Below, in pieces: positions 11,421 through 23,800 of a stretch of 64,000 bases of DNA. The notes under the pieces were generated by a model. The model worked only from the letters and a program-made list of their open reading frames with translations. It did not search any database and was not told the origin of the DNA. The translations under genes were made by a program, and so were the position numbers. This DNA is from Balanoglossus misakiensis (Eukaryota; Animalia; Hemichordata), in NCBI GenBank assembly GCA_040954595.2, contig CM082590.2, positions 8,122,001 through 8,186,000 of the forward strand. Reading direction: 5' to 3'. The first letter of the stretch is position 1; the number at the start of each line of letters is the position of its first letter.

Positions 11421-11469
11421 CAATTCAATAACCCTTGCCAAAAGCTTCCCTGATGTGCAATATTGAACC

Positions 11470-12240
11470 TTGCCTGTTGTCAAATCTTGACGAGCGCCCT
11501 CTTGTGACAGATATCAAAATTACTTTGTTTCACTCAGTAACGTACGCGAAGCCAGTAGTCTTGCTCTCCCCCAGTGAAACTGTCCATAAAACATGAAAAT
11601 TATGTTAGCGATGAGCGAGTTTAGTATCAGCCATGACAATTTACCCCCTTCATTTGTCGACAAGTGCAATGTTATCGTCGTAAAGCTTTGGAAACGGCTT
11701 ACCTGCTGTGCAAGTTCTCGCCTGTTGGCAAATTCTGACGAGCGCCCTCTTGCAACGCCATGCCGACAGCTTCTCCCCTGTGTAAGTCCTCGCCTGTTGG
11801 CAAATTCTGACGAGCGCCCTCTTGCAACGTACGATTACGATATTAGCGATTTCTCGCTTTCTCCCAGTGAAACTGCCCACAAAACATGAAATTTATGTTG
11901 GCAAGGAGTGAGTTGAGCTTAATTTTGGACCATGTACCCCTTTTTTCGTCGACAAGTTCATTATTATCGCCGTAAAGCTTTGCCAACGGCTACTCCGGTG
12001 TGTAAGCCCTCGCCTGTTGGCAAATTCTGACGAGCGCCCTCTTGCAACGTACGATTACGATATAAGCGATTTCTCGCTTTAGCTTAGTGAAACTGCCCTC
12101 AAAACATGAAATTTATGTTGGCAAGGAGTGAGTTGAGCTTTATTTTGGACCATTACCCCCCTTTTTGTCGACAATTTCAGTATTATTGCCGTAAAGCCTT
12201 GCCAAAGGCTTTTCTGCTGTACAAGTCCTCGTCTGTTGTC
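11470..12240 (+). repeat. Diverged tandem repeat of about 220-250 bp carrying GACGAGCGCCCTCTTG
   Basis: CCTGTTG(G/T)CAAAT..TGACGAGCGCCCTCTTG at about 11473, 11721, 11793 and 12013; AGTGAAACTG.C...AAAACATGAAA at about 11574, 11866 and 12086. Confidence 0.85.
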
Positions 12241-12633
12241 AAAAAAATAGACAGTGAAGCATATAACTTAATATTTTCAGTTGAATTTATTGTACAATCT
12301 TCTGATTTTTGACAATCAGCTTATCCTGATAATGTTGTGAGGGTGAAGCTAAAAATTTAAAGAAACAAGGATGATATTCTGCCATTCTGATGAATAAATA
12401 AACAAATCAGAAACAATAAGAAAACCCTACAGAGAGCTGACTGTTCATGACTGACACAACAGCAAATTTACAAAGCTGCCACCCCTGTACTACAAAACAT
12501 GGAATAATCCAATTGAAGGATAGTGGGGGTAGTTCTGAGAAGAAACGTTTTGGTCGAGCAGGAACTGATGGATTTTGCCTGTGGTTCATACAATGCATCT
12601 CAGCAGTAATCCAAGTATTTCCTGTAATGGCAG

Positions 12634-15600
12634 TTACTTCAGCAAAGACCACTTGATTTGTTCCTTGGCAGATTGTAGCACCTGGAATATCAAAATAAGA
12701 AAACGACCGTCATGAGACGAGACATTTCAGGTGTACACAAAATCAACTAGCTGAAGAAAAGACTGGACTCGCACTGCATTGTACAGTACATTGTAGCCCC
12801 ACTGGAAATCTTTCTGTCAGAACCGAAACACATCATGCAAGTTATATTCCCTGATTGACATGCACCCAGAATCAGACACCAACCACCGCGAACCAGGCCC
12901 ATGTAACATGCTGAAATCAACATGCATGGAAAATATAAAGAGGTCAATCTCCTGGTCTAGCTTACAGCTTCAGGAAAGAGAATCAGTCAGTTTCCTTTGA
13001 GATACACAATGCAATGATCATGAAATCAAATGTAAGCTATGAGTACTTATATGAAACCAGAACATAATGGTCTGACAACTGTTGACATCTGAAGACGCGT
13101 TTCCACACAATCAAGACAACATTTCCGTATCAACTTATGATGGTAACGTTTCTAACATTGGTGGAAATTCTGAGTGTTTTAGCTGAGATTGAGAAACATT
13201 GGTAACCCTAGCAACAAGGGGAACCCCAGTCAATATTTACATGTACATCTGGGAAAGGTTTATGGATTGTGTATTATTTTCCTTCACAAGCGGCTAGAAT
13301 ATTCTCCAAGACACTACAGCTTAATCATGAAAGTGCAGAGTAAATGTTCGTGTGCGTTTACTGTTGATTTCAACTCTGGTCCATGCTCTACAATACCATG
13401 GCAACACTGGCAAGTCAGAAACATCAAAGAATTGACATTGAAATGGTATCCTGCATCAATCTTTCAGATCTGATTTTAAGGAAAACTACAACATGCACAT
13501 TAAAACGTTTCACCTTCGACTGACTACAAAACCACTCTAGAACCTTGCTGTCATTGGACAAGACCCTTGAACTCTCCATTCTAACCTTTGCCCCTTGAAC
13601 TTTGACCTCCAACCCTAACTGCCGCCACGACATGCACTGTGCATTCACGACCAAATATACAAAAAAGATACTAACTTCAGATTGAATAGAAAATGTTTTA
13701 AGTTGAAGCTAAGAAGGCAAACAGCCAAAATTATCAAAGATCTGAAAGGATGCAAGAAAGCCAAGTATTAATTTTTTTGCAGTCGTTACAATATTTCACT
13801 TCAGTTTAGACATGCATTGTTCGCAACACCGTTTGAATCACCAAATCATAAAATTGAGGTTGTACTTCAAGAATAAGATGGTGCAGTCGGTATTATTTCT
13901 GAACTTTTGTTCATCGCCCGATCTTTGTAGATTATCATCAATACTTCCTTTAATTTTAATTTATTTGTGCTTTTTATATTATTTTGCAGGTAATAAAGTT
14001 TTCATCTCTTCGCGTAAAGCTAAAAGGTGAATGCACATTTGCCCAGCACCCCTTAGTAAAATATAAAAACATGCATTATGCCAGAAAAAAATAATTCTTG
14101 AACAGAATAAAAAGTAGCAATGTAGGCAAGTGGACTTTGAATAAACTGATATTTTGTGTAAAAGGTTTGAAATCTGTTGCCATAAAAACACCCAAATGTG
14201 ACTAAATTGCATGATTACGGTCCACAAATTCTGAACTAAGTCTACATGGTGGAGGTACGGAAGAAATTAAAACATTTCATAACCTGATACCTTTGAACTT
14301 ACTTGAATTTTGTTAGTAATATGCTGGTAAGCAAGAAAAGAAAAATTAAATGAATTTCAATCGAAAACATAATGCTGGCATGCAAATGAGGAGGGTCATG
14401 TGGTTTCCCTTATATGGTCATAAATGTTTGAATTTCGAAATATGGTAGTGCTAACTATTTACATATTTCATTTGGAGAAAAAAAACTTTCATTTCTATTT
14501 CCTAAGAAAGAGTGTTTAAGTACAGGATTCATTTGTATGTTTATTTTCTTATTTTTAAGATTAAAAACAATTATGCAAAGTGTGGTTGCTTAGTTACAAC
14601 AATATTTAAAATGGACACTGGCCATTGTTCTTCACATACACAAACACAGACAATTCCAACACAACCAAAACCCATTATTGAACGATGAAATTCTTGAAGA
14701 AAATGTCTGAGTGAATAAACCTGTCCTCTACATTTGTGGACTAGTACCAGCACAGAAACTATTCTAGACTAGAGTAATTCTACACGATATGAAGTCACGG
14801 TCGAACACTGTCACAGCAGGAGAGACCTAACACACAGAGGCCGACACAAATCCCCAGAACGAACCACTAACAGATAGACAGACACACAGGCCAACAGAAA
14901 GATTTGAGGGATAGAGCTCCAAGCAGAAAGGATACAGAAAGCAAGAAGCGTGCAAAAAAAATGTAACAATAAAAACAGTATGGCAGACACATACAAAAAT
15001 ATATCTTTTGTTTAAAAAAAAAACTTTTTATCTTGCTCCCTGTAACTAATTTTTGTTCAACTCTCAACGTATTGAAATGCTCAGTACCCAGCTTGTCTTC
15101 TTATAGAACAACTACGAGAAAATATGCATTGATCGACTGCCTTCTTACCTGTACAACTGTCTGTTCTGCTAACGGGATATCGTCCATTCGCAACGCTACC
15201 CTCTGCGCGACAGCGTGTGGGTCAGCTTCCAGGATTATACTGTTAATAAAATAAAACTTAAATTATAAAGTTTATAATACACACCGTGCCTACGAGCAAT
15301 ATCAGATCAATGTACAGTAAAATCAGGGTAAACCGAACATCCAAGAACCAAAATCGCTTGTCAACTTACCCTCCATCGATGATCTCATCCACAGCCAACA
15401 TCACACCATCTAGATGATCTATGAGTGTGCGTTTTTCCACATTTTTCCTGAAATGTAAAAAGTATGTTGTGAAGAAGATACACAAGACAACAAGTCTACA
15501 TTTTGTGTTTTTTTTCTGGAGGAAAAATGTGAATTTTTACACAAACTGAAAAGGCAAGAAGTATGGTTCAATTTGTATGCCAACAGCTGGGACTCAAACT

Positions 15601-17111
15601 TAATTTGAATTTCAAAGGGTTATTTTGTGACAGCGTTAGTTGCTCAAACTTCCGAGATTCTCCCAGAACATATTTCATTTTTCCGGGACTTTCCGGGAGT
15701 GGTTCCGGAGATTCCCGGATATACCAGGAGCACATAAACTGTCCAATTTGATGTACCACAGAAAAGTTACAACTTACCTAAGCATGTGACTGATCGATTC
15801 ATAGAGGCAGTTGAGAACACTGACAAGTATTAATTCATTTTCATGCGTACCACCCATGACGTAGAAAAACAAATCAACGTTGCTTCTGTAGACACACGTC
15901 ACACCATCCAACATGATGATTTCCGCTGAAATAAGTTGATAATTACATAGCATTAGAAAAGAGTTATACAACTGAGATCAGTGTTTCTGTTAAAGGGACA
16001 AAGTCTCTCTCTCGCTGCTCTTTTTCCATTAATTATGATTGATACAAGACACTGTTTATGTTATTCTACATGTGGATATATAGTGAATGAACGTTCAACC
16101 ACACAAACCTTCCATCCCACTTGCAGACACAAGAGTGAAAAACTTGCCAATATGAATAATTGGTCTCTACCATTTATTCATTTTGGGTGAGTTTTTACTC
16201 TCATATCTTACAAACGGGATGGGAGTTGTGTGTGGTCGAACATTGATTTACTATATATCCACATGTAGAAAGATGTCTTGTATCAAACATAATTAATGGA
16301 AAAGGGGCAGCAAGCAAGAGACTTGGTCCCTTTAAGGGTGAAATGTGAAAAGAAGATATGGATGACAACTATATAAATTACTTACCATTTGCTCTGTGTG
16401 TTTTGTTAAATAAATTCTTTTCGAACGCTTTCTGTTCTTTCGGTGATGGGAATGTGTCGTCATAGTACTGCAATACAAAACGGTACATTGTGAGAACTAG
16501 CTTTTATGAACATCTGAATGCGATCTTGCGAGACTTGGTTAATTACCTTAGCAAAGGTCGCTATCGAAGTAATACAAGCCAAGCTTTGTATAAAACTAGA
16601 ATAGGTGCAGAGTGTAACAACAATTGTAACTTTTGTGCTGATTAACATGACAGGCCAGGAGTTCTTTGTCCTATGTCACATGAGAATGTCCTCTCATATA
16701 AACTGTCTAGCCGTGCGAGATCTCTGTGGCTGTTAACGTTATAATTTTCCTGTGTGGTCCGATGTAACGCTAGCCCAGTGTTAGCACTGTGATAGCCCAA
16801 GACTGGTCTTGTATAACACAGTGTTAACTCGAGGGCTAGCCTTCTTGTGTGTGTATAATAATATGGATGCTCACCTTCGCTAAAATTCTGTCCCCATCGT
16901 TGTCCAAGATGGCAATGGCTTTCACAGAATACAGCGAGGGTTCCTGCAATATAAAATAGATTACAAAGATATATTTAAATGTGGGCCACTTCAGTTAAGT
17001 ATTTTTGTGGTTAAACACAAACAATGTAGTGAACATGCTAGAGTTGATATAGTCTCAGAGAAGAATCATATTTCATGACACTGTCACTGATGGTTGTGGT
17101 GGTGGTGGTGG

Positions 17112-17154
<43 letters not shown>

Positions 17155-17174
17155 AACACTGTCACTGATGGTTG

Positions 17175-17259
<85 letters not shown>

Positions 17260-17675
17260 ATGACGAAAGTGACACATGATGATATTGATACCCACAGTAA
17301 ACACTGGACGAATCTTCTGTCAAAATAAATCTACAACATACATTCACAATCGAACGGGTAGGTGGCTGCAAGACCTTAGCCACAGGTTTTGCATGGTGTT
17401 AAGAGTTGGAGGGCAAAACCAAACCTGTCTATCACCAGACGATTTCATTTTATGGGGAGTTCAGTGAACGACGGATGGGATTATGTTGAAACCGGAAGTA
17501 CAGTCAACACACTACTCGAACGCGAATAATATCGCTCGGTAGTCACTGTCGAAAAATTCACTGACTAGGGTCGGTGGCTGGGTGTGTAATACTGGGCCGG
17601 GAAACGACGGGAAGCGTGAAAAATCCCAATATATTCAACAATCTACCGAAAACTTACGTGTAGCGGAGTGTCCAT
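12634..17675 (-). CDS. COPZ1: Coatomer subunit zeta (zeta-COP), 7 coding exons
   Basis: GT-AG exons 17675-17658 (MDTPLH), 16943-16875 ([23 protein letters not shown]), 16467-16386 ([27 protein letters not shown]), 15925-15778, 15447-15370 ([18 protein letters not shown]), 15239-15149 and 12681-12634 ([15 protein letters not shown]); colinear with human COPZ1. Confidence 0.97.
15994..16331. mobile_element. Palindromic MITE of about 340 bp, TTAA-flanked, AGG ends (Kolobok-like), copy 1
   Basis: TTAA|AGGGACAAAGTCTCTCTCTCGCTGC...GCAGCAAGCAAGAGACTTGGTCCCT|TTAA; long imperfect TIRs; further copies elsewhere in the window. Confidence 0.8.
17095..17256 (+). repeat. (GGT)n/(GAT)n microsatellite in COPZ intron 1
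   Basis: Two GAT runs, each preceded by ACACTGTCACTGATGGTTGTG. Confidence 0.95.
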
Positions 17676-17871
17676 GTTTTTGCTGGCTGAGGTCGACGTG
17701 TCAAGATCTCGCAAGATCACGCAGACTGCGTTATTTCACATATTCTACAAGAAGGAAGTTGATTGGCTACTCTGACATAATTCAGCCAATTGTGTATGTT
17801 TTGACAGGCTGTGTTTTGGCGGCCATTTTAAGTTTTGAAATCAGACGCGGAAGCCATCAAATGTCTTAAGA
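17676..17871. promoter_or_regulatory. Bidirectional promoter shared by COPZ and ESPL1
   Basis: 196 bp between divergent ATGs; ATTGG at 17762, CCAAT at 17786, YY1-like GGCGGCCATTTT at 17818-17829, CHR-like TTTGAAA at 17834-17840, ETS-like GGAAGT/CGGAAG, TCTCGCAAGA at 17707. Confidence 0.75.
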
Positions 17872-20800
17872 ATGGACGGGTACGCGATTATAAAGGCATT
17901 AAAAGATGGGAAATCATCGGCAACTGTCTTGAGAGATACCCAGGTAGGCATACTTCATTTTCCATATCGGCGATCGCCGGGAAAAGTATCCGATCGCCAT
18001 CACTGAACTGAGTTACTGCACTGTGTGTACGTTTCCTATCTATCTATCAATCCATGATCTGTGAGTCCACGGCGTACAAATGTTGACATAACCCCACGCA
18101 AAATGTTTCAAACAATGTATTAGCGATCATAGCCATGATGTGGTCGACGATCGACTCAATGATACCACAGAACCAACGACGCAAGCATGGGTACAATATG
18201 AGTAGTCGAGTCTACCGGTGGACCATGGCAACTGAAATCAACAACCATGACAATAGATTGAGTGATCATCGGTTTCTCCACACAGTGTGTGGAGGGACTG
18301 AAGTTTGATCATCTTTGATACCACCACCATTTGATAGATGCCAGTTTGATAGAGATCTGTCATTCAGTGACAGTTTAATTGATATGTACTTTAAATAGTG
18401 TCTGGCATATATTTCATTCAAGTATCATCATCATCATCATCATCATCACAACCATCATCATCATCACAACCATCATTGACAGTGTCGTCATCATCATCAT
18501 CATCATCATCACCGCCATCATCATCATCATCATATCAATGTATCATGTATATTTCATTTCGTTTCGCAGAGGTATATACGACCCCTTCTCGCTGGAAAAG
18601 TGAAAGAAACAGAGACTGGGGAATATGGCGTCTTTAGTTTGAAAATGTTGCGACAGTGTGTTGTAAGTCTAGCAGAGAGATCAGATAGCAAAGATGAGAT
18701 TTTACAGATTTGCGGGTATGCGTACGAGTGTGTGTATAAAACACAGTCGGTGCATCAGACGGCTGTAATGGCAGTGGAAAAGCTTCTCTTTCATGTGATG
18801 GTGCAGGCTGTGAAACTGGGGAACTTGAAAGAAGTGGAGAGATTCGCGAAGTTTCTGTACAAGCAGCTAAGCCAGAGCCAGAACGACTTGGAAGAAGGCG
18901 ACGGAAATCACGGAAAAGACTTGGATAACATCGCGAAGCAGTCGTTCAATACGCTGTACAAAGCAAGCCTGGATGTAAAACTAAAAACAGATGCAGATTC
19001 TTACGCACGGACGTTGTGTTTTAGAACGCTCGCCATCAAGTTTGCCTTGCTCAGCCAATCTGAGTTGACCTGGGTTTTGGACCACGCGTGGAAAATCGCT
19101 CTCCCGATGATCAGAGCCCGGCAGACAACCGGAAGCGAGGACGTGACACTGGAAGAGTACACGGAAACAGTGAATAACAAAGTGATCCGGAGGCTCGTCC
19201 AGGATAAGGAAAATAACGGATCTCTGAAACGGGAGGATGTAACAGCTTTACTGCAATGGACAATCAAGTTCTCCCAAGCTTGTAATTCAGAGAAGGGTTT
19301 TGATTTGCTACGATCTATTCTCAATGCTGTAAACCGTCTCCTGGAGTATGACGGCGATTTGAAGAAAAAGGCAAACCTGTGTTTGAGTATTGCCAAACTG
19401 GGATTCCTTCTAACAGGGAGTGTGGCTGAAACGTCGACTGTAGGACTTCTGGAGAGTGTGCTGAGATACCTGAAGCAGATCCTTGTGAAGGGGATAGAGG
19501 GAGATTTTCTGCAGTGTGTGATAATGGCTGGGGATGTTCTCAGGAAGAAACTCGAACAGGAGTCCAACCACACAGCTGGATACTGCGAGTCACTCCGCAT
19601 CCAAGTTGTGAACTTTCTCGTCCGACAAATGGATCTCCTGGAATTTCGACAGAAGAGCGAAAACACCACCGATCAACAAAATCAGCAGGACACCAGCGCG
19701 CAACTCTGCACCTGGAGTTTAATCTGCCGACTGCTGATCACAGGAATATGTACCGGCTCCACAACACAACTACAAAATCTCTGTTCGCCCGTTTGTAAAA
19801 AGATCAAGAATATTCTAGAGACAGTGTCTGGTGATGGAGGAGTAGCATTGTCCATAAATGAACATAACATCATAGGTAGGTAACCCCCGCACACACTACC
19901 AATTGGTATCTTCCTATTGTCTCAGGTGGAAAAGTTGCATTCATATAGGAAAATAGGGATGAATGGGCCAAACACCTTGTCAAACTTTCTGGCTAAATAG
20001 CTCTATCATTTCATATAAGGAATGAAATGTATATTAGGGTTACTGCACACATAAAAATTGCCATTCATGTATGGATTGTCGAATTTGTCCCACAAACAGA
20101 CACTCTCAATAAATAGGTGTATTTTGTGATTATTCTTATACGTTTGGATACAAATACATTTGTGTTCCTGATTTCAAGAACACATGTACGTAGAAATAAT
20201 CTGATCCATTTTTCCGATATGCAAACACACAGGCACAAACTGCTACAATCTGGGAGTAACACTATATAAGATGGAATCATACAATGACTGCATGGAATTA
20301 CTGAGGCTGGCTTGTCAACAATTGCATCTATGGTGCTGTAATGGAACGGGCGACCTTGACAATGACAGACAAGAGAAGGTCAGTATGCATAAAGTTCAGA
20401 CCCTCACTGAAAAATCCATTTGCAAGTGTTCTGTACTACACCCTGGCGATCTGACAGTTTAAAGTGAAGGGGTCGTCGCGCCGCGTTTGTTTATAAACAT
20501 TACAATTCATCCACAAATCCCTTGAAAAAAATATAATTCTTAGAATGAACGAAGCAGCCAACTGTAGCGTAGACTGGGCATGACAGCAGCTGAAGATCCT
20601 AGTAGGTCGTGGCGACTGCAGCGAGGTTTGTGCTGGTATGGGAGGACATATTCTCATCAAGGGGGGGGCACCCTCGCGACGCGACGACCCCTTCCCTTTA
20701 AAGTGAAACTTCCATCTATTTCCAGGTGCATTTAGTGAAGAAATATGAGCTACTGATCAACTGCCAAAGAAAGGCTGGTTGCCACAGCGACGCCATGGCA

Positions 20801-23800
20801 ACAGCAGCATCGGCCATATCCATATTTGGTCACATGTCCGAGGCCATGCACTCTCTGGTCTATCTGTGGATCAGGGCCAAGCATGAGTGGTGTAAACCAA
20901 ACAGTGATGTACAGCAAAGGTAAGGGTATTTTGTCACCGTGGCAACAATGGTGTACAGCATCTTGTCACCATGCCAACAATGTGTAAACATTACCATAGC
21001 AACAGTGTTGTTTTATGTATGTTAACACACACAAATGTTGTTTGTACCATGGTCAACGTGATATCTGAATTTCAGAAATTACATTTTTGTTTTGATTTTA
21101 AAAAGCAAAACACATATATCTTAGGTGAAACAGACAATACCCGGTAGTTACAGATAGTGGCTTGTTCCCTCTATTGTGTAACTAAACAAGTTTCTGATCT
21201 TGCGAGATTGTTGATGTCTTGACTTTGTTTCTTGCAGGACAAAGACACTTAAAGACTATTTGAGAGATGAGGACATAGGAACAGTGACTACGGTCTTACA
21301 GATGGAATACAGTATCTACAAAGAACAAAGGTAGTGCAATAGGTCCCATCAATTGTTTTAACCCTTTCATTCACCCCCATTTCACTGTATAGAGGTCCAA
21401 GTTCACCATAGAAAACAATGGATTTGGACCAAACCATGGTATTAAAAGGGTAAATTAAACACAGAGAGTGAACAACTGATCTATGAAACACACCATCCAC
21501 ATTATTCATTGCTTTGATGCTAGTATTAATTAAATTTGGGCCATTTTCCATTAATACCATGTGAATAATCATTGATTGTTTTGCTTTATTTTGTAGTTTT
21601 GATACAGATTTTGAAGAATACGGCGTACTGTGTGATTTGTTGTCAATCTACGATGGCAGTGGTGATACATCAGACAGCAGAGCGTACTATCTTCTGCAAC
21701 TTGTGAAGTTACTCTATGTCTCACAGCTGGAGTGTGAATGGTGAGTTGAGGAAGAGAACTTCAACCCTTTCATCACCCCCAGTTCCCTGTTTAGAGGTCC
21801 AAGCTTACCATAGAAAACAATGCATTTGGACAGAACCATGTTGGTGAAGGGGTTTGGAAGAGAGCTTCAAATCAATGGTGACAGACAGGGCAAAATATTC
21901 CCACTAGTCAAATAGATGATTTTATGCTCATTGCGAAACTTGGTTAATTACCATAGTACCAAATTGGTAGCTGTGTAATTCAAGTCAAGCTTTGTATTAA
22001 TCTAGAATTGATACAGACTTGAACAAAAAATAAATGTTTCTATCCGTAATATTTTTTCATGTTTGTTTCTCCAAATAAGCAAACTTGAAGACTGCATCCA
22101 GGAAGCAGTGAGTTTACTAGAAGAGTGCATCACACAGAGAGAAACCGGTGAAATTACAGATCTGCTCGCGGTATCATGTGTGTGGAATTTTATCTGTCAG
22201 ACCACGGTAAGTTGTTGATTATATTTTTAACTTCTGCAGGGACAAATACCTGAAGCCATATCATCTCAAAAATGTACGTCTTTTTACGATTACACGTGCT
22301 AAACCCTTTTACCCCCAGTTCCCTCTTTAGAGGTCCAACCTTACCCTAGAAAACAATGGAGTTTGACTTTATCATAGTGGGGAGGGGGGGGGGGGGGGCA
22401 GGTCAAAATAATTTAATATCAGATTTGATAACTCTATGTTAGGCTATTTCGTGACACTCACTGCATCCAAGTTACTAGTAAGTTTCAGCCAATTGTGACA
22501 GTTGTATCGTAAGTGATGCAAAGTTAGTGCCTTAACACGGCAGGTACAAGCTTGGTGATAGGCTCCAGCGCTGATGACTCAGAAATCCAAGTTACTAGTA
22601 TAACTTCCAGCCAATTGTATTAGTTGTATCATAAGTGATGCAAGGCTAGTGCCCTACCATATCAGGTACAAGCTTGATGATTGGCTCCAGCGTTGATGAC
22701 TCAGAAATCCTCCTCCAATCACTTTTCAGGGCTCGGACACTGAAGACGTTGCAGCAGACAGCAACATTGAGAGTATCAATGTCGACCACACTCTGAGTCA
22801 AGAACAAGACACGTTGAAACCACTCCACAAAGCCTTAGAGTTATGGCAGGGTGAATTCGCACCGTACGATGTCCATGAAACCTGTCATGCCATGACGTTG
22901 ATGGCCGCCATCTTCCATCTTCACTACAAGGTAAGTGACTGGACCATTTTGAGAATTACTTTTTCAGTCCATACATAAACCCTTTCACACCCCCTGATAC
23001 CTCTTCAGAGGTACAACTTTATCATAGAAAACAATGGATTTGGACCAAACTATAGTGGTGAAAGGGGTGATGAGAGTGTTAAAAATCAGCAGAGCAAATA
23101 TTGCCTTGTAATTAGGGCCACACAAGCCTGATAGAGCCATCCAAACCGGAGTTAATTTAACAGATTGGTGTTTGATAGACATTGCCATTAATCTTTCAGG
23201 AACCAGAAAGGGCACTGACCCTCCAGTTGCTTGGCAACACAGCCAGCCAAGCTGAGCTGCACGCCATAGCAACCATGGCATACGCAGAGGCAGCCAAGGT
23301 GTGTTGTCACCTCGGCAACCGGGCGCAAGCCGAGAATCTGATCAAGAGGAGTTCGGAGAACTTGGCCGACGTCAAGGAGAGTTGTAACAGAGAGATGGTC
23401 GCTGTGATGCATTCTGTGATGAAGTGTTGGTGTATGGTGTACAGTAAAAAGGTGAGGCATCTATCTCACATGTGACGTGTGTGCTTTAAACAAGTGTTTG
23501 TTTTTATGACTTAGGGCTAAATCCATAAACTCTAGTAAACATTTGTTCATGACAGTATATATACAAGTAAGAATCTTTATGCATGGTCCAATGGGCCTCC
23601 TAATCCCATATGACACGCCACTGACTCAACAAACTCACTGGTGACTCAAGAAAATTATCTACACTACACGCAAAGGTATAGGGCTGACGCAGAGAACTCC
23701 CCAAGTTGACTCATTTCAAATGAGCTACAAACTTGGACGTGTTCTGAACTGTCCACACATCCACTAATAAAAAGCAATCACGGTTTTTAAATTGTATACA

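Noticed and set aside
17425-17448. Alternative COPZ first exon MKSSGDRQ|GTTTGG
   Set aside because: Phase-compatible but the donor is weak; the 17675-17658 exon has a consensus GTAAGT donor and the conserved 6-codon length.
16944-17657. miR-148/152-family hairpin, which is hosted in vertebrate COPZ introns
   Set aside because: No TCAGTGCA seed-containing sequence found by eye on the COPZ strand of intron 1; the nearest (TCAGTGAC) lies in microsatellite flank.
17038-18637. Poly-Ile, poly-Met and poly-Ser ORFs
   Set aside because: Translations of (GAT)n and (CAT)n microsatellites in introns.
19001-19669. 222-aa minus-strand ORF, and similar antisense ORFs over the ESPL1, TRIM and Nrf exons
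   Set aside because: Antisense shadows of real coding exons.
22540-22710. Duplicated CAG|GTACAAG as alternative ESPL1 acceptors, and TGACTCAG as AREs
   Set aside because: The in-frame acceptor is at 22729, and the TGACTCAGA motifs lack the GC required of an ARE and arise from one local duplication.
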